NCBI GenBank assembly: GCA_046758705.1
Contig: JBHIAT010000071.1
Location: 1 to 16,790 of the forward strand
DNA length: 16,790 nucleotides
Source of the DNA: Candidatus Bipolaricaulia bacterium
Lineage (GTDB): Bacteria > Bipolaricaulota > Bipolaricaulia > JBHIAT01
Reading direction: 5' to 3'
Under the pieces are notes generated by a model. The model was not told where the DNA came from. It saw only the letters and a list, made by a program, of their open reading frames with translations, and did no database searches. The position numbers and the translations under genes are program-made. This document shows positions 1 to 8,387 of the stretch, in pieces (the stretch's first letter is position 1; each line of letters opens with the position of its first letter).

Positions 1-1
1 A

Positions 2-1159
2 GCCATCCGGGCCTCTTCTAAACCCAAGTCTATCCAAGATTCTGGCAGCCTCTGCAGGATCGTACCGGAGCCGAGGCCCGTACTTGTCGATGATCTCCGA
101 GAACTCGAACTTATCCAGAGATCCATAGTCCGGCCAAGGCCACATGGTGGGGAACGACTCTTCCGCCATCGGATAGACCCGGGCGTGCTTGTCCCGGTTG
201 ACCAGATACTGGATCGCCCAGCGGAACTCCGGGTCGTCCAGAGGGGCCTTGGCGGTGTTGAAGGAACAGATGCCCTGGCTCACCGCGTCCATGAACGGAG
301 CCGTCACCACGTGATCCGCGCGTCGCTCGGCTGCCCGAATCATCTGGATGGTAAAGATGTGCGGAAGCGGCAGATCGACGTTGCCCTGGATGTATTCGGC
401 CAAATCCAGATCAGGCGGCGGCGCCATCCGGGCGATATAGTACTTCGGTCCGGGAAACACCCCGAAGACTTCTCGGGCCCAGTAATCGGGGTTGCGCTCC
501 CACACGAACATCCCGAGGTCGCGGAATAGGCCATGAAGCACATAGGGTCCGGTCTCCACCGGAGGCCAGTTCCTGAACTCGCGCGGATTCTGATCCTCCC
601 ACGTGTGCTCGGCGACTACTGTGATACCACCCCACATCCTGAACTTGTGGTGGAACCGGTAATCGGGCTGCTTGAAGGTGATAAGCACCGTGAAGTCATC
701 TACCGCAACAGCGGACACCACATTTTCGACGTGGTTCGCACCCACCAATCCTGGATCGGCCATCAACGTCTTGAGGGTAAATACATGATCGTGTGCCGTG
801 TACGGCTCACCATCGTTCCAAAAAACACCTGGCCTCACATGCCACGTCAGCTGCATGTTGTCATCTGAGTACTCCCAGCCGGTGGTGCGCCAAAAGATGG
901 TGTCACCGGTGGCGTAGTTGATGTACCAGTCCCACTCGTTGGCCACCTGATGCCATCCGGAACCCCATTGGGTCCCTCTGGGTATAAAGGTAGTTGCTGT
1001 ATCGAAGTTCGCGAAGTTCGTATCCGTTTCTGTGACGACAGCCTGCTCCCTGGGAACCGGGAATTGTGCTTGAACCCCCAGCACCATTAAAGAGATCAGC
1101 AGCACGAACACCATGCCCCCGCCTAACATACCACCAAAACCGGAAAGTTTGCTTCTCAT
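2..1159 (-). CDS. ABC transporter substrate-binding protein, family 5 (OppA/DppA-like, probably oligosaccharide-binding); 3' end lies outside the window
   Basis: Not in the ORF track. My translation from ATG 1159 is open to the window edge (386 codons): MRSKLSGFGGMLGGGMVFVLLISLMVLGVQA-QFPVPREQAVV...WEYSDDNMQLTWHVRPGVFWNDGEPYTAHDHVFT...PVETGPY...WERNPDYW...PLDDPEFRWAIQYLVNR...YDPAEAARILDRLGF. It has a signal peptide and SBP family 5 motifs. AGGAGG RBS at 1176-1171. Confidence 0.92.
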   Translation of the reverse strand, partial: MRSKLSGFGGMLGGGMVFVLLISLMVLGVQAQFPVPREQAVVTETDTNFANFDTATTFIPRGTQWGSGWHQVANEWDWYINYATGDTIFWRTTGWEYSDDNMQLTWHVRPGVFWNDGEPYTAHDHVFTLKTLMADPGLVGANHVENVVSAVAVDDFTVLITFKQPDYRFHHKFRMWGGITVVAEHTWEDQNPREFRNWPPVETGPYVLHGLFRDLGMFVWERNPDYWAREVFGVFPGPKYYIARMAPPPDLDLAEYIQGNVDLPLPHIFTIQMIRAAERRADHVVTAPFMDAVSQGICSFNTAKAPLDDPEFRWAIQYLVNRDKHARVYPMAEESFPTMWPWPDYGSLDKFEFSEIIDKYGPRLRYDPAEAARILDRLGFRRGPDG

Positions 1160-1188
1160 GGACAATCCCCCCTCCTCTAGGATAACTC

Positions 1189-1217
1189 ATTATATATCCC
1201 AAATGGGGAGCTGTCTG
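1189..1217 (-). promoter_or_regulatory. Putative sigma70 promoter for the SBP gene
   Basis: CAGACA (1217-1212), 17 nt spacer, TATAAT (1194-1189). Confidence 0.65.
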
Positions 1218-1238
1218 TAACGAATCTCATGGATAAGG

Positions 1239-1254
1239 TGTGAGATTTCTCACT
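1239..1254. promoter_or_regulatory. Palindromic operator, CRP/FNR-family-like
   Basis: TGTGA-GATTTC-TCACT is a 9/10 match to TGTGA-N6-TCACA. Its core GTGAGA-TT-TCTCAC is an inverted repeat, and it lies between divergent promoters. Confidence 0.55.
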
Positions 1255-1271
1255 CAAACAAATATTGCAAC

Positions 1272-1300
1272 TTGACTCTCACTGCCTGAAAACTTATAGT
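1272..1300 (+). promoter_or_regulatory. Putative sigma70 promoter for the HAD-GH38 operon
   Basis: TTGACT (1272-1277), 17 nt spacer, TATAGT (1295-1300). Confidence 0.75.
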
Positions 1301-1316
1301 GACTAAAGATCAGAAG

Positions 1317-1700
1317 ATGGATGAAACACGAGTGATTATCGATTTCGATGGGACGATCTGCGACCATCGATTTCCCGATGTGGGAACGCCGAAGCCGGAC
1401 GTGCGCGAGGCGCTCGTCCGGATCCGGAAGCTCGGACTCAAAGTGTTCATCCATTCGGTGCGCACCGCCTCTTACTGGGAAGAACTCGGCCTCGATCCAG
1501 AGGCACAACGACGGGTAATCGCCGACTACATGGACGAGCATAGGTTACCCTACGATGGAATCATCGTGGATGACAAGCCGCTGGCGATCTTCTACATCGA
1601 CGACCGGGCGATTCGGCTCGATGAAGAGCTCGGCTGGGATTGGAGGCGGATCGCGTCGTTCGTAGAGGAGCGATGGGGGAGGTCAGAAACAGATGTTTGA
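1317..1700 (+). CDS. Small capless HAD-superfamily phosphatase/hydrolase
   Basis: Motif I IIDFDGT, motif II HSVR, motifs III/IV KP..FYIDDRA. I moved the start from GTG 1299, which overlaps the -10 box, to ATG 1317. The stop overlaps the next start (ATGTTTGA). Confidence 0.8.
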   Translation: MDETRVIIDFDGTICDHRFPDVGTPKPDVREALVRIRKLGLKVFIHSVRTASYWEELGLDPEAQRRVIADYMDEHRLPYDGIIVDDKPLAIFYIDDRAIRLDEELGWDWRRIASFVEERWGRSETDV

Positions 1701-4455
1701 GCTAGGTGCAAGAAGTGAAATCGTTGTGATTGCCCACACCCATTGGGATCGTGAGTGGTATCTCACATTTCAGCAGTACCGCTACCACCTGGTCGAGTTG
1801 ATCGACCGACTGCTCGACATCCTCAAGCGAGATGATCGCTATACCTACTTCCTGCTCGACGGCCAGTCGATCGTCCTCGAAGATTACCTGGCGATCCGAC
1901 CTGAGAACGAATCACATCTGAAGCAGGAGATCGCCCGAGGGCGGATCGGCGTCGGGCCATGGTACGTCCTCCCGGATGAATTTCTCGTCTCAGGGGAGGC
2001 GATCATTCGCAACCTGATGCTCGGGATTCGGATCGCCGAACGGTTCGGCCAGGTCATGAAACATGGATACCTCCCCGATCCGTTCGGACACATCGCTCAG
2101 ATGCCCCAAATTCTGAAGGGGTTCGACATCGAGACCGCGTTCCTGGAACGTGGGATCGATGAGCGAGTCGAGCGGTCGGAGTTCTACTGGGAGGCCCCTG
2201 ACGGTTCCCGGATGTTGACCCACTTCCTGCTCTCCGGTTACTGCAATGCAGCCGTCCTCAAGCCCGATCCGGACGAGATCGAAATCCCTTCCGTCCCCGA
2301 ACCGGTTCGAAAACGAGTGGCCGACGAGCTCGGTATCTCGGTTCAAATGGTCAAAAGCATGGAAAACTTCACCGGCCTTCGTTTCTCGATGCGCTCCAGA
2401 GCGTCGACCTCGGTGTTGCTGTTGATGAACGGCTGTGATCACCTCGGCCCTCAATCCGACCTCACCGAAGCGATCGAAGGTCTGAACGAGAAGACCGGGG
2501 ATACCTTCATCCACGGCACGCTCACCGACTTCATCGATCGGGTGCGGGCGAGCAATCCCGACCTTAAGACGGTTCGCGGCGAACTCCATTCGAGCCGCTA
2601 CTATCCGGTGCTCAGCGGCATCCTCTCCTCCAGGACCTATCTGAAGCAGATGAACGTCCGGGTCCAGACGCTGCTCGAGGGATATGCCGAACCGCTGACG
2701 GCGATCGCCAGGGCGCTGGAGCTAGGCTATCAACCAGCTCCATTCCTGAGGGAGGCATGGAGGTTGCTGCTCCAGAATCATCCCCACGACTCGATCTGCG
2801 GCACCTCGATCGATCCGGTCCATGAGGAGATGATCCCGAGATTCCATCAGGCGGAGCAGATCGCTGAACAGGTGGCTGACGAGGCGCTGAGGGCGATCGC
2901 CACGTCGGTGAACCTCAAAGCCGACGATGAAGAGATCCCGATCCTCATCTTCAACCCCAGCAGCTGGCGGCGGACCAATCAGGTGAAGGTCGAGGTCGAG
3001 CCGGCCCTGACTCGAAATCTCCCCTATGGGAGACGGTCGCTCGTCGATCGGGAATTGACCGAGACGATCGACCTCCGTGATTACCGACTCCAGAATGCGA
3101 AGGGGTGGACCGTCCCGTTCCGGATCACGGGCGAGCGGCTGGTCTCAGAGGATATCCTCAACGGGGTCAAACACGTGCCCAAGGTGGAGATCCGATTTCG
3201 GGCCGAGGATCTGCCGCCGTTCGGCTATCAAATCTACCGGCTCGTTCCAGGAGTGCCGGGGGTGCCACCCGACGAACCGGAACCGGAACGGATCGCCGTC
3301 GGCGATCGGACACTGGAGAACGAGTTCTACCAGGTAGCGGTTGCCGACGATGGGTCACTGACCGTGGTGGACAAAGAGAGCGGCACGATCTATGAGGGCG
3401 TTCATACCTTCGAGAGTTCAGGTGACGCCGGGGATACCTACAACTACTCTCCACCCGAGGCACAGACGATCGTCACCTCCCAGGGGGAGAAGGCGACCGT
3501 CAAGCTGATTGAGGACGGTCCCGATCAGGCGCGGATCCTGATCGAGAACATTCTGTCCATTCCCAAGGGGCTGACCCGAGATCGGAAGCGCCGGAGCGGG
3601 CGGAAGCTCCGACATCCGATCTCAACCGTGGTATCGCTCAGCCGAGGGGGACGGCGGATCGAGTTCAACACCACAGTTGACAACCAGGCTCAAGATCATC
3701 GCCTGCGGGTTGTCTTCCCGACCGGAATCCGAACGACGGAAGCGATTGCCGAGGACACGTTTGCCGTCGTTCGACGCCCGACAAAGCCTCCAAACCGGGC
3801 CGGTTGGGTCGAGACCCCCAGCCCAACGCAGCCGCAGCAGCGGTTCGTGGCGATCGAAGATGGACGACGGGGGGTGGTGATCCTGAATCGAGGGTTGGCC
3901 GAGTACGAGGCGACCGAGGACGGGACCCTCTACCTGACATTGCTGCGCTGCGTTGGCTGGCTCTCCCGCGATGACATGACCACCCGATTGGGTCATGCCG
4001 GGCCCGGCTACCCGACGCCCGATGCCCAATGTCTCGGTCGCCAGCGGTTCGAGTATGCGATCGTCCCCTACTCGGGTGGCTGGGAGGCGGCCCGGATCTG
4101 GCAGGAGGCGATCGACTTCAACACACCGGTTTGTGGGACCCGCGTCTTGCCCAGCCCCAGTCCCGGTCGCGAAAACCTGACTGAGGAGACGAGCTTCCTG
4201 AGGGTCGAACCGGAGGCGTTGATCGTCAGCGCGTTCAAGCCGGCGGAATCGGACGATGGGCTGATCGTGCGGCTGTACAACATCACCGATCGCTCCGTGG
4301 CAGGCCACCTCGAACTCTACCGGCCGATCCAGGGCGCCTGGGAGACCGATCTCAATGAGCAAATACGAGAGGAACTTCCTGTAGAAGCCGGCTCTAGGAT
4401 TCCTTTGACCGTCGGGAGCGGACAGATCAAGACGGTGAAGCTGGCGCTTGTCTGA
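1693..4455 (+). CDS. Glycoside hydrolase family 38 alpha-mannosidase (MngB-like)
   Basis: HTHWDREWY Zn-binding motif, FLLDGQ, GPWYVLPDEFLVSGE, nucleophile motif YLPDPFGH, NGCDH, HPHDSICG, C-terminal LTLLRCVGWLSR; 920 aa. Confidence 0.95.
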   Translation: MFELGARSEIVVIAHTHWDREWYLTFQQYRYHLVELIDRLLDILKRDDRYTYFLLDGQSIVLEDYLAIRPENESHLKQEIARGRIGVGPWYVLPDEFLVSGEAIIRNLMLGIRIAERFGQVMKHGYLPDPFGHIAQMPQILKGFDIETAFLERGIDERVERSEFYWEAPDGSRMLTHFLLSGYCNAAVLKPDPDEIEIPSVPEPVRKRVADELGISVQMVKSMENFTGLRFSMRSRASTSVLLLMNGCDHLGPQSDLTEAIEGLNEKTGDTFIHGTLTDFIDRVRASNPDLKTVRGELHSSRYYPVLSGILSSRTYLKQMNVRVQTLLEGYAEPLTAIARALELGYQPAPFLREAWRLLLQNHPHDSICGTSIDPVHEEMIPRFHQAEQIAEQVADEALRAIATSVNLKADDEEIPILIFNPSSWRRTNQVKVEVEPALTRNLPYGRRSLVDRELTETIDLRDYRLQNAKGWTVPFRITGERLVSEDILNGVKHVPKVEIRFRAEDLPPFGYQIYRLVPGVPGVPPDEPEPERIAVGDRTLENEFYQVAVADDGSLTVVDKESGTIYEGVHTFESSGDAGDTYNYSPPEAQTIVTSQGEKATVKLIEDGPDQARILIENILSIPKGLTRDRKRRSGRKLRHPISTVVSLSRGGRRIEFNTTVDNQAQDHRLRVVFPTGIRTTEAIAEDTFAVVRRPTKPPNRAGWVETPSPTQPQQRFVAIEDGRRGVVILNRGLAEYEATEDGTLYLTLLRCVGWLSRDDMTTRLGHAGPGYPTPDAQCLGRQRFEYAIVPYSGGWEAARIWQEAIDFNTPVCGTRVLPSPSPGRENLTEETSFLRVEPEALIVSAFKPAESDDGLIVRLYNITDRSVAGHLELYRPIQGAWETDLNEQIREELPVEAGSRIPLTVGSGQIKTVKLALV

Positions 4456-4468
4456 AAGTGTCGGCAGC

Positions 4469-5497
4469 CTAATAGAACAGGTCGGTCAACTTGAGCAGCT
4501 CTTGGTCAATGTGCCGTGTTTGGCCGATGACTTTGGCCAGCTCGACGGGGACGATTCGATCCGCTTGTATGGCGACCATCTTGTCAAAATTCCCTTCAAG
4601 CGCCAACTCTACCGCTTTTACCCCGAATCTCGTGGCCAGGATCCGATCGAAGGCGGTTGGACTGCCCCCGCGTTGCAGGTAAGCGAGCGTGGTCACACGA
4701 ACCGGAAGGTTCATGGTCTTGCTCAGTTGATCAGCGATATAATGCCCGACCCCTCCCAGCTTCACGTGGCCGAACGCATCGACCTCGGGGGCTCCGGTGA
4801 CCTGTTGCTCGAGCCCGACGGGTTTGGCGCCTTCGGAGACGACGATAATGCTAAAGGACTTCCCCATCTGCTGTCTCTTCTCAATCCGCTCCTGCACCTC
4901 GGAGATTTTGAACTTTCTTTCGGGAACCAGGACGACATCGGCTCCCCCGGCAAGGCCACCCAACAACCCGATCCAACCGCTGTCACGACCCATGACTTCC
5001 AGAGCCAGAATCCGGTGGTGGGAGAAGGCGGTCGTATGCAATTTATCCAGCGCATCGGTAACGGCGGTGACGGCGGAATCGAAACCGATACAGTACTCCG
5101 TCTCGGCAACGTCGTTGTCGATCGTCTGGGGGATCCCGACCATGTTAAGATCGTACTGGCTGAGCTTATGGGCGACGCCGAGCGTATCGTCACCGCCGAT
5201 GGCGATGACCACGTCCAATCCGTTCTTCTGGTAAGTCTCTACAATCTTCTCCGGGCCTCCATCGATGGCGAACGGGTTGGTCCTCGAGCTTCCCAGCAGT
5301 GTCCCTCCCACAGGCAGGATTCCGGAGACATCCTTCAACGTGAGGGGTTGACTGCGATCCTCGATCACTCCCAGCCAACCCTCCCGGAAGCCTACCGTTT
5401 CGATGTCTTCCTCGTGTGCTCTTCTCACCACCGCTCGGAGCGCCGCGTTGATGCCGGGCGAGTCTCCGCCGCCGCTCAACATCCCGATCCTGTTCAT
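4469..5497 (-). CDS. pfkA: 6-phosphofructokinase, PfkA family (PPi/mixed-substrate type, atypical)
   Basis: GGGDSPGIN, GGTLLGSSRTNP, GGDDT, PQTIDND, EVMGR, QRGGSPTAFDR. Start ATG 5497 follows an AGGAGG RBS (5509-5504). Confidence 0.93.
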   Translation of the reverse strand: MNRIGMLSGGGDSPGINAALRAVVRRAHEEDIETVGFREGWLGVIEDRSQPLTLKDVSGILPVGGTLLGSSRTNPFAIDGGPEKIVETYQKNGLDVVIAIGGDDTLGVAHKLSQYDLNMVGIPQTIDNDVAETEYCIGFDSAVTAVTDALDKLHTTAFSHHRILALEVMGRDSGWIGLLGGLAGGADVVLVPERKFKISEVQERIEKRQQMGKSFSIIVVSEGAKPVGLEQQVTGAPEVDAFGHVKLGGVGHYIADQLSKTMNLPVRVTTLAYLQRGGSPTAFDRILATRFGVKAVELALEGNFDKMVAIQADRIVPVELAKVIGQTRHIDQELLKLTDLFY

Positions 5498-5523
5498 GAT
5501 GAACCTCCTCCGGACCTGCAAAA

Positions 5524-5553
5524 ATTATACCGGAGATCCGATGGCCGTTGCAA
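5524..5553 (-). promoter_or_regulatory. Putative sigma70 promoter for pfkA
   Basis: TTGCAA (5553-5548), 18 nt spacer, TATAAT (5529-5524). Confidence 0.65.
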
Positions 5554-5575
5554 GCGATGTTAGTTGGAGGACGCC

Positions 5576-5604
5576 TTGACACCCTGTCCTGTTTCTGATA
5601 CATT
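5576..5604 (+). promoter_or_regulatory. Putative sigma70 promoter for miaB-pfkB-CBS
   Basis: TTGACA (5576-5581), 17 nt spacer, TACATT (5599-5604), with an extended -10 TG at 5596-5597. Confidence 0.7.
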
Positions 5605-5627
5605 CATCCTGAAGGTGATCCTGAGCA

Positions 5628-6971
5628 ATGAAGCGGGTTTACATCCACACCTGGGGCTGTCAGATGAACGAGCACAAATCGGAGGCGATCGCCGGGACGC
5701 TCACCCAAGTCGGCTATGAGATCACCGACGATCCTCGCCAGGCCGATGTGGTGATCTTTAACACCTGTATGATCCGGGAGAAGGCCGAGCAGAAGGTCTT
5801 CGGAAAGATCGGCGAGATCAAGAAATACCGGGAGAAGCGACCCGGGATGCTGCTTGGGATCGGCGGGTGTATGGCCCAGGCCCTCGCTGAGAAGCTGACG
5901 GACCGGTCTAAGGAGATCGACTTTCTGTTCGGCACCTCCAACGCCGATATCCAGAGCCTGCCGTCCGTGATCGATCGCGCCTGGAAGGCGACCGACCCGG
6001 TGATCGGGATTGGAAGGCCCGACGGCCTGCAAGGTGTTTCTTTTTCTCGAGTGAGTCGGTTCCAGGCCTATGTGACCATCACCGAGGGGTGCGACCGGTT
6101 CTGCTCGTTCTGCATCGTTCCCTACACCCGAGGCCGGCTGCGGAGCCGTCCGTTCGGCGATATTCTCCATGAAGTGCGGGAATTGGCCCGCCACGGGTAC
6201 AAGGAAGCGACGCTCCTCGGTCAGAACGTCGACTCCTACGGGACCGACCGGCCGGAACTATACTTCACCTTCGCCAACCTGCTCCGGGCGCTGGCCAAGA
6301 CCGAGATCGCCAGGATCCGGTTCACCAGTTCCCATCCGGACGATATCACCCCCGAGGTCATGGAGGCGATCGTCGAGGGCCCGAACATCTGTGAGCACAT
6401 CCACATGGCGGTTCAATCCGGGAGCGATCGCATCTTGAAGGATATGCGTCGCGGTTACACCAAGGCGGAGTTTCTCGATCGGGTCGAGATGGCGCACAAG
6501 CTCATCCCCGGGGTCAACATCACCACCGACATCATCGTCGGCTACCCTGGGGAGACCGAGGCGGATTTCGAGGAGACGGTCGATTTGGTCAAGCGGGCGC
6601 GGTTCGGCGGCGCGTTCATCTTCAAGTACTCCCCGCGCCCGGGGACGATCAGCTATGTACGCTATCGGGACGGGAACGGCATTCCCGACGCCCAGGAGCA
6701 GCAGAGGCACCTGGAGACGCTGCTCAATCTGCAACGCTCGATCAATGAACAGGAAAACCAGAAGCGGATCGGCGAGGAGCTGACGGTGCTGGCTGAGGGT
6801 CGGGCGAAGACGGGCCGGGGGCTCTATGGGAGGACCCGAGACAACAAGACGGCCGTCTTCGACGGTCCACCGGATTGGATCGGCGAGTTCGTCCAGGTGC
6901 GCGTGGAGCGGGCCAACGCCGGATCGCTCTACAGCCGCGTTTTGGAGCCCGTCGAAGTCGGGGTGGCTTAA
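5628..6971 (+). CDS. miaB: tRNA-2-methylthio-N6-dimethylallyladenosine synthase (radical SAM methylthiotransferase)
   Basis: GCQMN, NTCMIREKAE, GCMAQ, CDRFCSFCIVPYTRG (CxxxCxxC), LLGQNV, YSPRPGT, C-terminal TRAM domain. Confidence 0.95.
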   Translation: MKRVYIHTWGCQMNEHKSEAIAGTLTQVGYEITDDPRQADVVIFNTCMIREKAEQKVFGKIGEIKKYREKRPGMLLGIGGCMAQALAEKLTDRSKEIDFLFGTSNADIQSLPSVIDRAWKATDPVIGIGRPDGLQGVSFSRVSRFQAYVTITEGCDRFCSFCIVPYTRGRLRSRPFGDILHEVRELARHGYKEATLLGQNVDSYGTDRPELYFTFANLLRALAKTEIARIRFTSSHPDDITPEVMEAIVEGPNICEHIHMAVQSGSDRILKDMRRGYTKAEFLDRVEMAHKLIPGVNITTDIIVGYPGETEADFEETVDLVKRARFGGAFIFKYSPRPGTISYVRYRDGNGIPDAQEQQRHLETLLNLQRSINEQENQKRIGEELTVLAEGRAKTGRGLYGRTRDNKTAVFDGPPDWIGEFVQVRVERANAGSLYSRVLEPVEVGVA

Positions 6972-6974
6972 ACC

Positions 6975-7922
6975 ATGATCACCACGGTGACGCTGAACCC
7001 AGCGCTCGATCGCATCTATTGGGTTGAGCGGTTGGACCGGGAGACAGGCATCCTCACTCGGGCGGAGAAGAGTCTGGCCGAAGCCGGCGGCAAGGGGATC
7101 AACGTCTCCCTGTTTCTCGCCCGGCTCGGGGTCGAAACCGTCGCCATGGGGTTCATCGCCGGCCTCACTGGCCGGTTGATCGAGAGCGACCTCCGGGAGG
7201 AGGGGGTGACGACGAACTTCGTCTGGACCGACGGGGAGACCCGGACCAACATCGCCATCCTGGAACGGGGACGGGAGGCCAAACCGATCGAGGTCAACGA
7301 GAGCGGCCCCCGGATCGATGCGACCCGCATCGATCAGTTCCTGAGGAAGTACCGACGGATCCTGAAGCGGACCGACTTCGTCGTCCTCTCCGGGAGCCTG
7401 CCCCCCGGTGTGCCCAGCGGGTTCTACCGGGAGCTGGTGGAGCTGGCCCGGGATGAGCATGTTCCTGCGATCATCAACACGGGCGAGGGGCCCATTAAGG
7501 AGGCGGTGACCGCCTCCCCCTATCTCATCAAACCGGATATCCGAGAACGACAGGAGGTCGAATACCGATCGTGCGAGAGCCGGGCCGAGGCTCTGGAGGT
7601 CGCCCATGAGCTCATCGGCGATTACGCCGGGATCTCACTCATCTCCCACGAGACGATGGGGGACATCTTGATCACGCCGGACAAGGTCTGGGATCTGGAA
7701 TCCCGCCGCGATCAGGTCCAGGTCGTCAACATCATCGGAGCCGGGGATGCGATCATCGGTGGGATCATCTATAAACTGCTGAAGGGCGACTCGATTGAGG
7801 AAGCCGCTCGGTTCGGTATGGCCGCCGCCATCGCCAGCGCCGAAAGCCCAGAGAAGGTCGTCGGAGATCTCAACATCATCGAAACGGAGATGGCTAAAGT
7901 GGAGATCAGGGAGCTCCTATGA
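6975..7922 (+). CDS. 1-phosphofructokinase/tagatose-6-phosphate kinase family hexose kinase (PfkB/ribokinase fold)
   Basis: MITTVTLNPALD, GGKGINVS, ETRTN, LSGSLPPG, GAGDA anion hole. Confidence 0.92.
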   Translation: MITTVTLNPALDRIYWVERLDRETGILTRAEKSLAEAGGKGINVSLFLARLGVETVAMGFIAGLTGRLIESDLREEGVTTNFVWTDGETRTNIAILERGREAKPIEVNESGPRIDATRIDQFLRKYRRILKRTDFVVLSGSLPPGVPSGFYRELVELARDEHVPAIINTGEGPIKEAVTASPYLIKPDIRERQEVEYRSCESRAEALEVAHELIGDYAGISLISHETMGDILITPDKVWDLESRRDQVQVVNIIGAGDAIIGGIIYKLLKGDSIEEAARFGMAAAIASAESPEKVVGDLNIIETEMAKVEIRELL

Positions 7923-8356
7923 AGGTCAAAGAGTTCATGACCAAAGATCTGACCGCCGTCGAACCGGAGACCCCCATCAAGGAGCTTGTTTACCTCCTCG
8001 ACAAGAGCGGTTTGGTCAATGTGCCGGTCATCGACGAGGACGAACGGATCGTCGGGATGATCTCCGAACGCGACGTGATCGAAGCCGCCCTGCCGGGCTA
8101 CTTCGAGATGCTCCACAGCTCCTCGTTCCTTCCCGATATCAACCAGTTTTCAAACAAGCTTACCGAGATCGAGGACGAACCCGTCCAGAAATACATGAGC
8201 GAAGACGTCATCATGGTCAATGAGAACGAGGACGACCTCTACACCGCCGATATCATGATCCGCAGAAACCTCAAACGGATCCCGGTGGTGAACGACGACG
8301 GCATCCTGGTCGGGATCGTGAGGAGAATCGACCTGTTACAGGGTCTCCTGGAGTGA
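7919..8356 (+). CDS. Stand-alone CBS-pair (Bateman module) protein
   Basis: MKVKEFMT...VPVIDEDERIVGMISERD and IPVVNDDGILVGIVRRIDLL. ATGA overlap with the upstream kinase. Confidence 0.92.
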   Translation: MKVKEFMTKDLTAVEPETPIKELVYLLDKSGLVNVPVIDEDERIVGMISERDVIEAALPGYFEMLHSSSFLPDINQFSNKLTEIEDEPVQKYMSEDVIMVNENEDDLYTADIMIRRNLKRIPVVNDDGILVGIVRRIDLLQGLLE

Positions 8357-8376
8357 GGCCGCCAGGCGAACCTCAC
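8353..8376. terminator. Possible hairpin between convergent CBS and ftsX genes
   Basis: GTGAGG-c-CGC-cag-GCG-aa-CCTCAC; no U-tract. Confidence 0.3.
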
Positions 8377-8387
8377 CCGATCCAAAT

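Noticed and set aside
185..1202. Short ORFs listed in the track over 185-1202
   Set aside because: All are shadow or alternate-frame ORFs of the minus-strand SBP gene (2-1159)
4448..5563. 371-aa plus-strand ORF
   Set aside because: Antisense shadow of pfkA with no recognisable motifs; expected from GC-rich codon bias
6258..7607. 449-aa minus-strand ORF
   Set aside because: Antisense to miaB and pfkB, which share a frame; no motifs
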